From contig JAZSMH010000064.1 of the NCBI GenBank assembly GCA_045535785.1, positions 5,751-69,750 of the forward strand: a DNA stretch of 64,000 nucleotides, given 5' to 3'. Positions 37,018 to 47,023 of this stretch are shown here, piece after piece. Under the pieces are notes generated by a model. The model was given only the letters and a program-made list of their open reading frames with translations. It was not told the origin of the DNA and did no database searches. The DNA comes from Clostridia bacterium. GTDB lineage: Bacteria; Bacillota; Clostridia; Christensenellales; DTU072. Numbering within the stretch: the first letter of the stretch is position 1; each line of letters begins with the position of its first letter. The position numbers and the translations under genes were made by a program.

Positions 37018-39252
37018 ATGAAAAAAATTAGCGAGGCGTTAAAAAGAGTTTTTTTGTACTGCGCTCTATTTAGCATGCTTGCGCTTGCAGAAAAAAGATT
37101 CGGCATATTCGGGCTATCTTTAGCTTTTTGCCTAGCTCTTTTATTCTGCGGTGAGAACGTTCTAAAAAGTCTAATTCCTTACGTTTTTTGTACCTCGCTT
37201 ATCCACTTTTCTTTGTCCGTTCTTTTGGTTGTCGCTTGTGGTGTAGTAGCGGTTTTGCTCCTCGCTGTAATACGATACCGAACCGACAAAAAATATCGAA
37301 TTTGGGCAATAGAATTAGCTTTTGCGGTAGCCCAAACACCTATTTTCTTTATCAACGCGCTTACTAACGAATACGTGACGCGACAGGCACTTGGCGTAGT
37401 AGTAGGGATGGCGTTTTGCTACGTGTGTATATCCTGCTGTTATCCATTTTTGGTGCGTGGGGTACGGTATAAGATCAGCCCGTCGGAGCTTGCAAGCGGT
37501 GTGATTTTTTTGATAGCAATATGCTGTGGAATAAGCTACGTCGACGTATTAGGCGTGCGGATAGTATACCTTATTTCTACCACTACCGTTTTCATTTTCG
37601 GTGCAATAGCGCGGTCGAAGATTTTGCCCTTTTGCGCGATTATGGGTTGGAGCGCAGGGATGGTTACGGGGAGAATGGAAGAGTTTTTCTTTCTATTTTT
37701 GATAGGACTGATAGTTTATTCACTATATCATAAGAACAAATTTTTTTGTTCGGCAGTCGTCCTTGGCACCTTTATCGGACTTCAATATTTAATAAGTCGC
37801 ACCTTTGACTTAAAGGCCATCATACCACTATGCGTAGCGTGTTTGACAGTTTTCATTCCCAACAAGTACGTCGAGAGGTTAGAAGGAGAGAGGGAGAGTT
37901 ATCAAGGTAAATTCGCCTTGCGCACCATACTTAACCGCGACAGGACGGAGGTCAAGCAAAAATTAAACAGCGTAGCCATCGCATTGAAGAGAATGGAGAT
38001 TTTGCTTACCGGGGAGGAGAATAACGAAATTAAGCCTTCACTAATCGTTACTAGGCTGAAAGAAACTTGTTGTCACGTTTGTCCAAGGTTTGCGCATTGT
38101 AAAGAAAAGCTAGGTGACGTAACACCCCTGCTTACTAAGTTCGTCAAGACCGCCTTTGATAACGGTAGAGCGAGCATGCTCGACGCTGACGAAATGCCCT
38201 CCTTTTGTATCAAAGTGCCTAAGATGGTTAACCTCGTTAACGAGTGTGTCAACAATTACAAACGACTTCGTGAAAAAAAGTCGGGAGTGGAGATTGGCAA
38301 AGAGATGATTATCGGCAATCTAGGCGGTACGGCCGACCTTCTCAAAGAGCTTGCTACCACCATCGACGACGGCTTTGTATTCGACGTCAAGACGGAAGAA
38401 AAACTCATTGAAGAGCTAGGTTACGCCAACGTAATTGCTAGTGACGTAGCTATCTACGGCACGGGTAAGGTTACTCTATCAGTAAGAGAGAAGGATATGA
38501 AAAAACCGCAAATAAAAGAGGTGCTTTCTAGCGTCGTCGGCGAAAAAATGCGCGAGACCGCAATTCAAAAAGGTGTCAACGGAGTAGTAACTCTTACCTT
38601 CCGTCCTTCCCCCGATTACGGCGTGCTTTACGGCGAAAAAAGTCAAGGCAAAGAAGATAGTTGCGGTGACTGTACCAAGGTGATTAGGATAGACGATTAC
38701 CGACTTATGTTCGTGCTGTCCGACGGTATGGGAGTAGGCGAGTCCGCTCAAAAAGTAGGGCTTGACACGCTTAGACTTATCGAGCATTTTTATAAGGCAG
38801 GGTTTAGTCACAAGGCGATTTTTACAAGCATTTCGCGTATGCTCGCTTTGCGCACAAAAGAAAACTTTAGTGCGCTCGATATAGTGATTGTGGATACCCA
38901 AAAAGGCAATATTGATTTTATTAAACAAGGTGGACGCGAGAGTTATTTGTTTACACAAGAAGGTAATACCGAGGTAATAGAGGGTGGTACTTTGCCACTA
39001 GGAATAATAGAAGAATGTCAGCCGAGTATTGTAGAGAAGAAATTAAATAACGGCGATTTGATAGTCATGTTTAGCGACGGTATAGCGGATAGACTTAGTT
39101 ATGCGGACGTGAAAGAAATCGTTAACAAAAGCTTAACTACCAATCCACAAATAATAGCCGACGATATTTTCAATAACGCGCAAAAAAAGTGTGACGATAG
39201 ACAGGACGATATGACGGTAATAGCGCTACGAGTGGTGAAGAACGCTAGATAA
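37018..39252 (+). CDS. spoIIE: Stage II sporulation protein E (membrane PP2C phosphatase)
   Basis: About 10 TM helices, CxxCxxxxxC motif, and 'SCGD', 'LSDGMG', 'SDG', 'DDMTV' motifs. Confidence 0.85.
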   Translation: MKKISEALKRVFLYCALFSMLALAEKRFGIFGLSLAFCLALLFCGENVLKSLIPYVFCTSLIHFSLSVLLVVACGVVAVLLLAVIRYRTDKKYRIWAIELAFAVAQTPIFFINALTNEYVTRQALGVVVGMAFCYVCISCCYPFLVRGVRYKISPSELASGVIFLIAICCGISYVDVLGVRIVYLISTTTVFIFGAIARSKILPFCAIMGWSAGMVTGRMEEFFFLFLIGLIVYSLYHKNKFFCSAVVLGTFIGLQYLISRTFDLKAIIPLCVACLTVFIPNKYVERLEGERESYQGKFALRTILNRDRTEVKQKLNSVAIALKRMEILLTGEENNEIKPSLIVTRLKETCCHVCPRFAHCKEKLGDVTPLLTKFVKTAFDNGRASMLDADEMPSFCIKVPKMVNLVNECVNNYKRLREKKSGVEIGKEMIIGNLGGTADLLKELATTIDDGFVFDVKTEEKLIEELGYANVIASDVAIYGTGKVTLSVREKDMKKPQIKEVLSSVVGEKMRETAIQKGVNGVVTLTFRPSPDYGVLYGEKSQGKEDSCGDCTKVIRIDDYRLMFVLSDGMGVGESAQKVGLDTLRLIEHFYKAGFSHKAIFTSISRMLALRTKENFSALDIVIVDTQKGNIDFIKQGGRESYLFTQEGNTEVIEGGTLPLGIIEECQPSIVEKKLNNGDLIVMFSDGIADRLSYADVKEIVNKSLTTNPQIIADDIFNNAQKKCDDRQDDMTVIALRVVKNAR

Positions 39253-39283
39253 TTTTTTGCACCTAACAAGAGGGTGATTATCC

Positions 39284-39312
39284 TTGCAAAAATAATTTTT
39301 AGGGTATAGAAT
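39284..39312 (+). promoter_or_regulatory. sigma-A promoter (probably leaderless mRNA)
   Basis: TTGCAA-17 bp-TAGAAT, 7 nt before the ATG; no SD. Confidence 0.55.
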
Positions 39313-39319
39313 AGTACCT

Positions 39320-40222
39320 ATGGACAGTTCTTTGTTAGTTTTTAAAGCAATAGACGTATTGCTAAAAAAGGCGGAAAATTCCGTAGAGTACCCTTCCGTT
39401 ACTACCGAAGAAGTTAGTTACGATAGTAGGTTCTTAAGGACGAAAGCGGATATAAAATACGTCGGTGAGAAGGGGAAATTACGCCCCGTAGTTTTTTACG
39501 TACCGGGCGGTGGTTTCGTAGCAGGCGGTAAGCAGTACCGTAGCGAAATAACGGGCTTTTTTGCAAGCAAAGGGTACGCGGTATTTTGTGCTAATTTACG
39601 CACCGCGCCCGAATTTCCCTTCCCTACGCCGTTAGAAGATTTAGTCACCGCGCTTAATTTTTTATACGATAATAGTAACGAGTACGGTTTTGATATCGAC
39701 AACGTGATTTTTGCAGGCGATAGTTCGGGTGGGTATTTTGCTTCTTACGCCGTTGCGCTTGCTACGCACCCAACGTTAAGAGAAGAACTCAATTTGCCCG
39801 AACTAAAAGTTAAACCCCGTGCGCTCATTTTCTTATCGGGAGTAGCGGACGTTGTAAAAATGGTAAAATTAAGAGATCCACTTATGATTGCACGCAACAC
39901 GGGTAGGCATTTTCTTAATTACAAACTTAAATGGGGTGCAACTAACGCAAAAGACTATCAGTTTTATAAATATCTTTCACCAGCTAATTTTGTCACCAAT
40001 AATTGGTGTCCCACCTTCCTTTCTTATTCAAAAAAAGACCTATTTTGCGGTGGACAAGGGGAAATTCTAGACGAAAAATTGACGCAATTTGCGATAGAAG
40101 AACGTAAGCACGTAGCAACGCGCCTACTTGATAATCACTGCTATATTTTGTTCAGTAAGAAGAAGAAAGCACGCGAAGCGCAAGAATTACTTGCTGAATT
40201 TTTGTTAAAATTTAGCAAGTGA
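39320..40222 (+). CDS. HSL-family esterase/lipase (alpha/beta hydrolase)
   Basis: 'PGGGF' oxyanion motif, 'APEFPFP' and GDSSGG. Confidence 0.85.
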   Translation: MDSSLLVFKAIDVLLKKAENSVEYPSVTTEEVSYDSRFLRTKADIKYVGEKGKLRPVVFYVPGGGFVAGGKQYRSEITGFFASKGYAVFCANLRTAPEFPFPTPLEDLVTALNFLYDNSNEYGFDIDNVIFAGDSSGGYFASYAVALATHPTLREELNLPELKVKPRALIFLSGVADVVKMVKLRDPLMIARNTGRHFLNYKLKWGATNAKDYQFYKYLSPANFVTNNWCPTFLSYSKKDLFCGGQGEILDEKLTQFAIEERKHVATRLLDNHCYILFSKKKKAREAQELLAEFLLKFSK

Positions 40223-40315
40223 AATGATGTCGCTACGCTGATGATGATACTCAGCATTCGCTTGTAATGATGCCACTGCGTTAATGATGCCGCTACGCTA
40301 ATTGTGGATAAAAAT
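40219..40315 (+). repeat. Hairpin mini-array E (ATGATGY-type linkers)
   Basis: ATGATG(T/A/C/C) at 40224, 40241, 40267 and 40284. Spacers CGCTACGCT (twice) and CTCAGCATTCGCTTGT. End motif AATTGTGGATAAAAAT. Confidence 0.8.
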
Positions 40316-40342
40316 ATATGTAGAAAGTAGCGTTTAATTTTG

Positions 40343-40371
40343 TTGACATAGTTCCCTTATATTTATATAAT
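40343..40371 (+). promoter_or_regulatory. Consensus sigma-A promoter of ispE (probably leaderless mRNA)
   Basis: TTGACA-17 bp-TATAAT, ending 6 nt before ATG 40378. Confidence 0.75.
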
Positions 40372-40377
40372 ATATTT

Positions 40378-41187
40378 ATGTTAAGTGAAAAAGCTTTCGC
40401 GAAGATTAACCTAATTTTGACGTTGCGCGGGAAGCGTGACGGGTTACACCTTATAGATAGCGTCTTTTATCTTACCGATTTAGCCGATCATTTAACGTTA
40501 GAAATTACCGACGAAGACTACAACGAAGTAGTTTATACCGACGGACGAAGTTACGAAAAAGACACCGCGCTTATCACGGCTAACTTGATAAAAGAGAAGT
40601 TCTCTACAAGTAGTGTAAAAGTTACGATAAGTAAGCATATCCCCGAAGGCGGTGGTTTGGGCGGTTCGAGTGCCGATGCAGGGGCGGTTGCACGCCTTAT
40701 GCAAAGAGCGTTTTGTTTACCCACGATACAAGAAGAACTTTTGTTAAAGGTGGGGAGTGACGTACCGTTTTGTTACCGCAACTTACACGCGCGTGTACGC
40801 GGAACAGGCGAAGAAGTAGAAGCAATCACTTTGCCAAAACTATACGTAGCGTTAGTTATCCCAAGTAGTGGCGTAAGCACCGCACAAAGCTACGCAAAGT
40901 ACGACCAAATAGGCGGTGACGACGGCGACGTAGACGAGTTCTTAACGAAACTACGTAGTAGAAAAAAAGTAACTTGCGTTAACGCGCTAGAAAGAGCTTC
41001 TACTAAGTTAAATAGCGATATAGCGGTAGGCAAAGAAATAGTAGCGAGCGTTGGATTCGACGGCTACGGCATGACGGGTAGCGGAAGTGCGCTTTTCGGC
41101 TTTTGTTACCAAGAAGATGAGTTTTACAAAAAACTCGCACTGATTAAAGAGAAGGTCAATGGAGATTTCAAAATCTTCTACCAATAA
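40378..41187 (+). CDS. ispE: 4-diphosphocytidyl-2-C-methyl-D-erythritol kinase
   Basis: 'AKINL', 'KHIPEGGGLGGSSADA', 'GSDVPF' and 'MTGSGS' motifs. Confidence 0.9.
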   Translation: MLSEKAFAKINLILTLRGKRDGLHLIDSVFYLTDLADHLTLEITDEDYNEVVYTDGRSYEKDTALITANLIKEKFSTSSVKVTISKHIPEGGGLGGSSADAGAVARLMQRAFCLPTIQEELLLKVGSDVPFCYRNLHARVRGTGEEVEAITLPKLYVALVIPSSGVSTAQSYAKYDQIGGDDGDVDEFLTKLRSRKKVTCVNALERASTKLNSDIAVGKEIVASVGFDGYGMTGSGSALFGFCYQEDEFYKKLALIKEKVNGDFKIFYQ

Positions 41188-41196
41188 GGAGAAAAA

Positions 41197-43182
41197 ATGG
41201 CTAGAAATCAATACGATTATCCCGTGTATTTATTCAATGAAGGAACCAATTACGAAGCGTATAAGTTCTTTTGCCCTTGTTACGTTCAACGCGAAGGAAA
41301 AAAATATTGGCGTTTTCGCGTGTGGGCACCCAACGCACTTAGCGTTTCTATCGTAGGCGACTTTAACGAATGGGATAGGAATGTCAATCCTATGAAAAGA
41401 ATATCCAATTCCGGCATTTGGGAAGGATATGCTCGCGGAATGAGAAGATATTCTAACTACAAGTTCAGTATAGAAACGCACAACGGAGTAGTTATGAAGT
41501 CCGATCCTTATGCTACGCATACCGAAACCGTACCGAGTAACGCGTCCAAGATTTACGATATATCCGGTTATAAGTGGAGCGACGAAGAATTCATTAAGCA
41601 AAGAGAAGCGACCAATACCTACAAGAGCCCCATGAATATCTACGAGGTGCACCTAGGCTCGTGGCGCGTTCACGAAGACGGCAATCCCTATTCTTATCAA
41701 GATATGGCGAGAGAGCTCGTTCCTTACGTAAAAGAAATGGGCTATACCCACGTAGAATTCTTACCTATCACCGAGCACCCTTACGGCGGAAGCTGGGGTT
41801 ATCAAACCACGGGACTATTTGCACCCACTTCGCGTTTTGGTACGCCTCACGATTTTATGGCGTTAGTAGACGCTTTCCACGCGGAAGGAATAGCGGTCAT
41901 TATGGATATGGTGCTTTCGCACTTCCCAAAAGACGGCTATGGACTTTATGAATACGACGGTACCTGCTTATACGAATACGACGACGTGTATAAGCAAGAA
42001 CATAAGGGTTGGGGTACGCGTGTATACGACTTCAACAAGCCTCAAGTAAGGAGCTTCCTTATTAGCGCGGTTGATTTTTGGATTACTAACTATCACGTTG
42101 ACGGAATGCGCCTTGACGCGGTAGCAAGCATGCTTTACCTTAACTACGACCGTAGAGACGGCGAATGGCGCCCCAACGAATTCGGTGGCGAATACAATTT
42201 AGAAGCGGTTTATTTCTTACAAACCATGAACAAGGCTATTCTTTCGCGTCACCCCGGCGTTGTTATGATAGCTGAAGAAAGCACCGCCTTTCCTATGGTT
42301 ACCATGCCCCCGTCGTTCGGTGGATTAGGCTTTAACTACAAGTGGAATATGGGTTGGATGAACGACACTCTATCTTACGTCAAGACCGATCCCTTCTTCC
42401 GTAAGGGTATCCACGACAGAATTACATTCTCTATTACTTACGCGTTCAGCGAGAATTACGTTCTTCCTTTATCACACGACGAGGTGGTACACGGTAAAGC
42501 AAGTATCATAGGAAGAATTCCTCTTAACTATAGAGATAAATTCGCAGGAGCAAAGACTCTCTACACTTACCAAATGACACATCCTGGTAAGAAACTCAAC
42601 TTCATGGGCAACGAGATAGGACAATTCATAGAATGGGATTATCGCAAATCTCTCGATTGGATGTTGCTCGAATACGAAACTCACCAAAAATTCAAGGACT
42701 ATATAAGAGATCTTAACTATTTTTACAAGGATAACAAGCCTCTTTACGAATTGGATAACACCTACGACGGATTTAAGTGGATAGTAGTAGACGACAAGTC
42801 GCAGAACGTCCTCGTATTCACAAGATACGACGCTAGTGGCAACATGGTAATATGCGTACTTAACTTCGCACCTAGCGAAAGAGTGGGCTACGAAATCGGC
42901 GTAGACAAGAAGGGCGTATATTACGAAGCTCTTAACTCGGAGTGGACGAAATACGGCGGCACCAAAGAGGGCGCTACCGAATACGTAACTTACGACAAAT
43001 TCAACCACGGCAAAGAGCAATCTATCAGCCTTACCATTCCTTCGGGTGGTGCGGTGCTCTTAAAGTTAAAGCGCGAACTTGTAGAAGACGACGAACAAGA
43101 GCTTGTTGACGAGCAAGAACTCGTTGACGAGGTAGAAATCAAACCTATCGCTTCGGCGAAAAAGAATAAAAATCGCAAATAA
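41197..43182 (+). CDS. glgB: 1,4-alpha-glucan branching enzyme
   Basis: 'FRVWAPNA', 'IYEVHLGSW', 'RLDAVASM', 'AEEST' and 'SHDEVVHGK' motifs. Confidence 0.96.
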   Translation: MARNQYDYPVYLFNEGTNYEAYKFFCPCYVQREGKKYWRFRVWAPNALSVSIVGDFNEWDRNVNPMKRISNSGIWEGYARGMRRYSNYKFSIETHNGVVMKSDPYATHTETVPSNASKIYDISGYKWSDEEFIKQREATNTYKSPMNIYEVHLGSWRVHEDGNPYSYQDMARELVPYVKEMGYTHVEFLPITEHPYGGSWGYQTTGLFAPTSRFGTPHDFMALVDAFHAEGIAVIMDMVLSHFPKDGYGLYEYDGTCLYEYDDVYKQEHKGWGTRVYDFNKPQVRSFLISAVDFWITNYHVDGMRLDAVASMLYLNYDRRDGEWRPNEFGGEYNLEAVYFLQTMNKAILSRHPGVVMIAEESTAFPMVTMPPSFGGLGFNYKWNMGWMNDTLSYVKTDPFFRKGIHDRITFSITYAFSENYVLPLSHDEVVHGKASIIGRIPLNYRDKFAGAKTLYTYQMTHPGKKLNFMGNEIGQFIEWDYRKSLDWMLLEYETHQKFKDYIRDLNYFYKDNKPLYELDNTYDGFKWIVVDDKSQNVLVFTRYDASGNMVICVLNFAPSERVGYEIGVDKKGVYYEALNSEWTKYGGTKEGATEYVTYDKFNHGKEQSISLTIPSGGAVLLKLKRELVEDDEQELVDEQELVDEVEIKPIASAKKNKNRK

Positions 43183-43193
43183 GGAGACCAATT

Positions 43194-44396
43194 ATGCAAA
43201 GCACGAAAAAAGAATGCGTAGCAATGTTGCTAGCAGGCGGACAAGGAACTAGATTAGGCGTCCTTACGCAAGAAGTAGCAAAGCCGGCAGTGCCTTTTGG
43301 CGGTAAGTACAGAATTATCGACTTCCCGATCTCTAACACCATTAATTCGGGTATCGACACCATAGGCGTACTTACTCAATACCAACCCTTCGAACTTAAC
43401 CAATACATAGGTAACGGACAACCGTGGGATCTAGATAGACTTAACGGCGGTGCTTTCGTTTTGCCCCCTTATCAAAAAGGAAAAGCAGGTGAATGGTACA
43501 AGGGTACGGCTAACGCCATTTACCAAAACATAAACTTCATTGATAGATATAACCCCGATTACGTACTTATCCTTTCGGGTGACCATATCTACAAAATGGA
43601 CTATTCCGAAATGCTCGACTATCACGTAAGCAACAACGCGGACTGCACCATTGCCGTACTTAACGTAAAGAAAGAAGAAGCGAGCAGATTTGGTATTATG
43701 AATACCAACCCCGACGGAAGCGTATACGAATTCGAAGAAAAACCCAAGCACCCGAAGAGCACCAAAGCAAGTATGGGTATCTATATCTTCACTTGGGCAA
43801 AACTTAGAGATTACCTAATCCGTGACGAAGAGAACAAGAATAGCAGTAACGACTTCGGTAAGAATATCATTCCTATGATGCTTAACGACGGACAAAAACT
43901 TATGGCTTACGACTTCGAAGGCTATTGGAAAGACGTAGGTACGATAAGTTCTCTTTGGGAAGCAAATATGGACTTGTTGGACGAAAATAGCGGTCTTGTT
44001 ATCAACGATAAGAATTGGAAGATTTATGCTCGTAACACTGCACAACCCCCGCAATATATCGGTGATGATGCGATTATTAACAATTCTATCATTAGCGAAG
44101 GTTGCTACGTAGACGGCAGAATTACTAATTCCGTTATTTATTACGGCGCAAAGATATCAAAGGGTGCAGAAATAAAAGATTCTATTATCATGCCTTACGC
44201 GGTTATCGGTGAGAACGCACGCGTTTGTCACGCAATAGTAGGTTGGGATACCACTATCGGTAACAATAGCGTAATCGGTGCACCTCAAGACGGCCCCGAA
44301 GGTGGCGAATGGAATATAGCCGTTGTTGGACCGGAAATGAATTTACCCAAGAATAGCGTAGTAAAAGAAGGCGAAATGAAAGGAGGTAACAAATAA
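43194..44396 (+). CDS. glgC: Glucose-1-phosphate adenylyltransferase
   Basis: 'LAGGQGTRL' and '[16 protein letters not shown]' motifs. Confidence 0.96.
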   Translation: MQSTKKECVAMLLAGGQGTRLGVLTQEVAKPAVPFGGKYRIIDFPISNTINSGIDTIGVLTQYQPFELNQYIGNGQPWDLDRLNGGAFVLPPYQKGKAGEWYKGTANAIYQNINFIDRYNPDYVLILSGDHIYKMDYSEMLDYHVSNNADCTIAVLNVKKEEASRFGIMNTNPDGSVYEFEEKPKHPKSTKASMGIYIFTWAKLRDYLIRDEENKNSSNDFGKNIIPMMLNDGQKLMAYDFEGYWKDVGTISSLWEANMDLLDENSGLVINDKNWKIYARNTAQPPQYIGDDAIINNSIISEGCYVDGRITNSVIYYGAKISKGAEIKDSIIMPYAVIGENARVCHAIVGWDTTIGNNSVIGAPQDGPEGGEWNIAVVGPEMNLPKNSVVKEGEMKGGNK

Positions 44397-45511
44397 TGAA
44401 CGATATGATGAGCATTTTGTTTGCATCTGGCAATGAAAGCAAACTTAACGAACTTACCTTACACAGAACGACAGCATCGTTACCTTTTGGCGGAAGATAC
44501 CGTCTTATCGACTTTACTTTGAGTAACCTCGTTAACAGCAATATCACTCAAATCGGTATCATCACCAACAGTAAGTATCAATCTCTTATGGACCACATAA
44601 GACAAGGTAGAGATTGGGACCTTAATAGAAAGAACGGTGGTATTAGCGTTTTCCCGCCTTTTGTTTATAACAACTCTTCTTCGGAAGTTTATAAAGGCAA
44701 AATTGAGGCAATATACAGCATCTTAGACTTCCTTACTAAGTCAAGAGAAGAATACGTAGTTATCGCTAACTGCAACGTTGCCGCTAACATTAACTACGAA
44801 GACGTATTCGAAAAGCACGTAGCAAGCGGAGCCAAACTTACCGTACTTTGTCACGACGGATTCACCACTACTTCAAGAAGAATAGTAATTGAACGTGACG
44901 AGAACAATCTTGTTACCGACGTTTACGAAACGGAAATAGCAAGTAGCGAACAAAAAGAGATTTCTCTTAACTCTTACGTAATTAAGAAGGATTTACTTCT
45001 AGAACTTGTTAAAAAGGCATACGCAAGAGGACAAGTTGACTTCGAAAAGGAAATTCTCTTCAAATTAGTAGAGAACAAAGAAGTATACGCGTATAAGATA
45101 GATTCTTACGCCGCTATCGTAGACGACGTAAAGACTTATTATAACGAAAGTATGAGTCTTCTAAGTAAAGACACTCGCAATCAACTCTTTAACGACGACA
45201 ACGCAATCTATACCAAGGTTAAAGATAGCGTACCCACCGTTTATAAGAGCGGAGCGAAAGTTACCAATACCCTTCTTGCAGACGGTTGCGTAATCAACGG
45301 CACGGTAGAGAATTCTATCCTTTTCCGTGGAGTAAGAGTAGAAGAAGGCGCGGTTGTTAAGAATTCTATCGTTATGGAAAACGGCGTTATTGGTAAGAAT
45401 TCTTCGCTAAAATACGCTATTACCGACAAGGAAGTAACCATTAGCGAGAATAGAGAAATTGCAGGTTTTTCCACCTATCCCATTGTTATCGTAAAAGGTA
45501 AAACCGTATAA
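44396..45511 (+). CDS. glgD: Glucose-1-phosphate adenylyltransferase subunit GlgD
   Basis: 'ASLPFGGRYRLIDF' and 'WDLNRKNGG' motifs; follows glgC. Confidence 0.93.
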   Translation: MNDMMSILFASGNESKLNELTLHRTTASLPFGGRYRLIDFTLSNLVNSNITQIGIITNSKYQSLMDHIRQGRDWDLNRKNGGISVFPPFVYNNSSSEVYKGKIEAIYSILDFLTKSREEYVVIANCNVAANINYEDVFEKHVASGAKLTVLCHDGFTTTSRRIVIERDENNLVTDVYETEIASSEQKEISLNSYVIKKDLLLELVKKAYARGQVDFEKEILFKLVENKEVYAYKIDSYAAIVDDVKTYYNESMSLLSKDTRNQLFNDDNAIYTKVKDSVPTVYKSGAKVTNTLLADGCVINGTVENSILFRGVRVEEGAVVKNSIVMENGVIGKNSSLKYAITDKEVTISENREIAGFSTYPIVIVKGKTV

Positions 45512-45579
45512 AAAGAAGCGGTTTTAACGAAAAATACAAAAAAATAAACTATTATTTGAAAAAAATAAAGGAGAGAAAG

Positions 45580-46998
45580 ATGAAAATTTTATTTGCGACG
45601 AGTGAAGCAGGTCCTTTCATGAGAACAGGCGGTCTTGGTGACGTAGCGGCAGCCCTTCCCCAAGCACTAAATAAAGCAAAACAAGACGTTCGCGTTATTA
45701 TGCCCCTTTACGAAGGTATCAAAGAAAGTTATCGTCAAACTATGCACTTCATTGGTTCGAAAATAGTTACTTTAGGTTGGCGTCAACAATACGCAGGCGT
45801 ATTTATGTGTCAATACGACGGCGTAACCTACTATTTTATCGACAACGAGTATTATTTTAAACGTAGCAAAATCTACGGTCATTACGACGACGGCGAGAGA
45901 TTCGCATTCTTCTCACGTGCCGTACTAGAAGTTATGCCTATGCTAGACTTCAATGCCGACGTAATTCATTGTAACGATTGGCAGACCGCTCTTATTCCCG
46001 TTATGCTAGACGCATTCTATCGTAGCGACGTTAATTATAGAGAGATTAAGACCGTACTTACCATTCACAATATAGAATTCCAAGGCAATATGGATAAGTA
46101 TTGTATCCAAGACGTATTCGGTATCCCCGGTAGCCACGTTAACGTTGTAGAATACAACAACTGTGCTAATATGCTAAAAGCAGGTATCGAAGGTGCTAAT
46201 AGAGTTACTACCGTAAGTTCTACTTACGCGCAAGAAATTCTCGATCCTTACTATGCGTACGGTCTAGAACATATTTTAGAAAAACGTAGATATAAGATAT
46301 CGGGTATCGTTAACGGAATCGATACTAATCTATTCAACCCGTCTAAAGACGTTGCATTATTCAAGAACTATACCGCTTCTACTGCAATAAAAGGTAAAGC
46401 AGAGAACAAAAAAGGCTTGCAAGAAATGGTAAATTTACCCGTTTGCGACAAACCCCTTATCGGTATGGTAACGAGATTGACCAACCAAAAGGGATTAGAC
46501 CTAGTTATGGAAGTGCTAGAAGATATCCTTTCTATGGACGTTCAAATGGTGGTACTAGGCACGGGCGACTGGAAGTACGAGACCGCTTTGAGCGAAATGG
46601 CTAAGAGATATAGTAGCAAACTATCCGTTGTAATTAACTTTTCTGGCGATATTGCTAGCAAGATTTATGCAGGTAGCGATATGTTCTTGATGCCCTCTAA
46701 GTTCGAACCATGTGGACTTAGCCAATTAATAGCAATGAGATACGGTAGCGTACCGATAGTAAGAGAAACGGGCGGACTAAAAGACACCGTAATACCTTTT
46801 AACCCCGAAGATAAGACGGGTAGAGGGTTCACCTTCAAGACCTATAACGCATACGATATGCTTGACGCAATAAAAAGAGCACTCGGCACGTATGCAAATA
46901 AGGAAGAATGGAACGCTTGCATGAAGAATGCTATGAGCGGTGATTATAGTTGGAAAGTTTCGGCAAAACAATATATTGATTTATACAAAGGAATTTAA
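45580..46998 (+). CDS. glgA: Glycogen synthase
   Basis: 'RTGGLGDV', 'HCNDWQT' and 'FEPCGLSQL' motifs. Start moved to ATG 45580 after AAGGAG. Confidence 0.96.
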   Translation: MKILFATSEAGPFMRTGGLGDVAAALPQALNKAKQDVRVIMPLYEGIKESYRQTMHFIGSKIVTLGWRQQYAGVFMCQYDGVTYYFIDNEYYFKRSKIYGHYDDGERFAFFSRAVLEVMPMLDFNADVIHCNDWQTALIPVMLDAFYRSDVNYREIKTVLTIHNIEFQGNMDKYCIQDVFGIPGSHVNVVEYNNCANMLKAGIEGANRVTTVSSTYAQEILDPYYAYGLEHILEKRRYKISGIVNGIDTNLFNPSKDVALFKNYTASTAIKGKAENKKGLQEMVNLPVCDKPLIGMVTRLTNQKGLDLVMEVLEDILSMDVQMVVLGTGDWKYETALSEMAKRYSSKLSVVINFSGDIASKIYAGSDMFLMPSKFEPCGLSQLIAMRYGSVPIVRETGGLKDTVIPFNPEDKTGRGFTFKTYNAYDMLDAIKRALGTYANKEEWNACMKNAMSGDYSWKVSAKQYIDLYKGI

Positions 46999-47023
46999 TT
47001 AATTTAGATAAACAAGGAGCACT

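Noticed and set aside
40224-40300. ATGATG linkers as box C (RUGAUGA) of C/D-like or TIGR guide arrays
   Set aside because: No consistent partner box, no fixed unit length, linkers vary to GTGAAAT/GTGATAT in sister arrays, and no Nop-domain gene is in the window.
40303-40311. Perfect DnaA box as a sign of oriC
   Set aside because: It is a single box inside a repeat end, with no dnaA/dnaN or box cluster nearby.
43087-43131. 18-bp repeat at the end of glgB (DEQELV x2)
   Set aside because: A small in-frame duplication in a disordered tail with no further signal.
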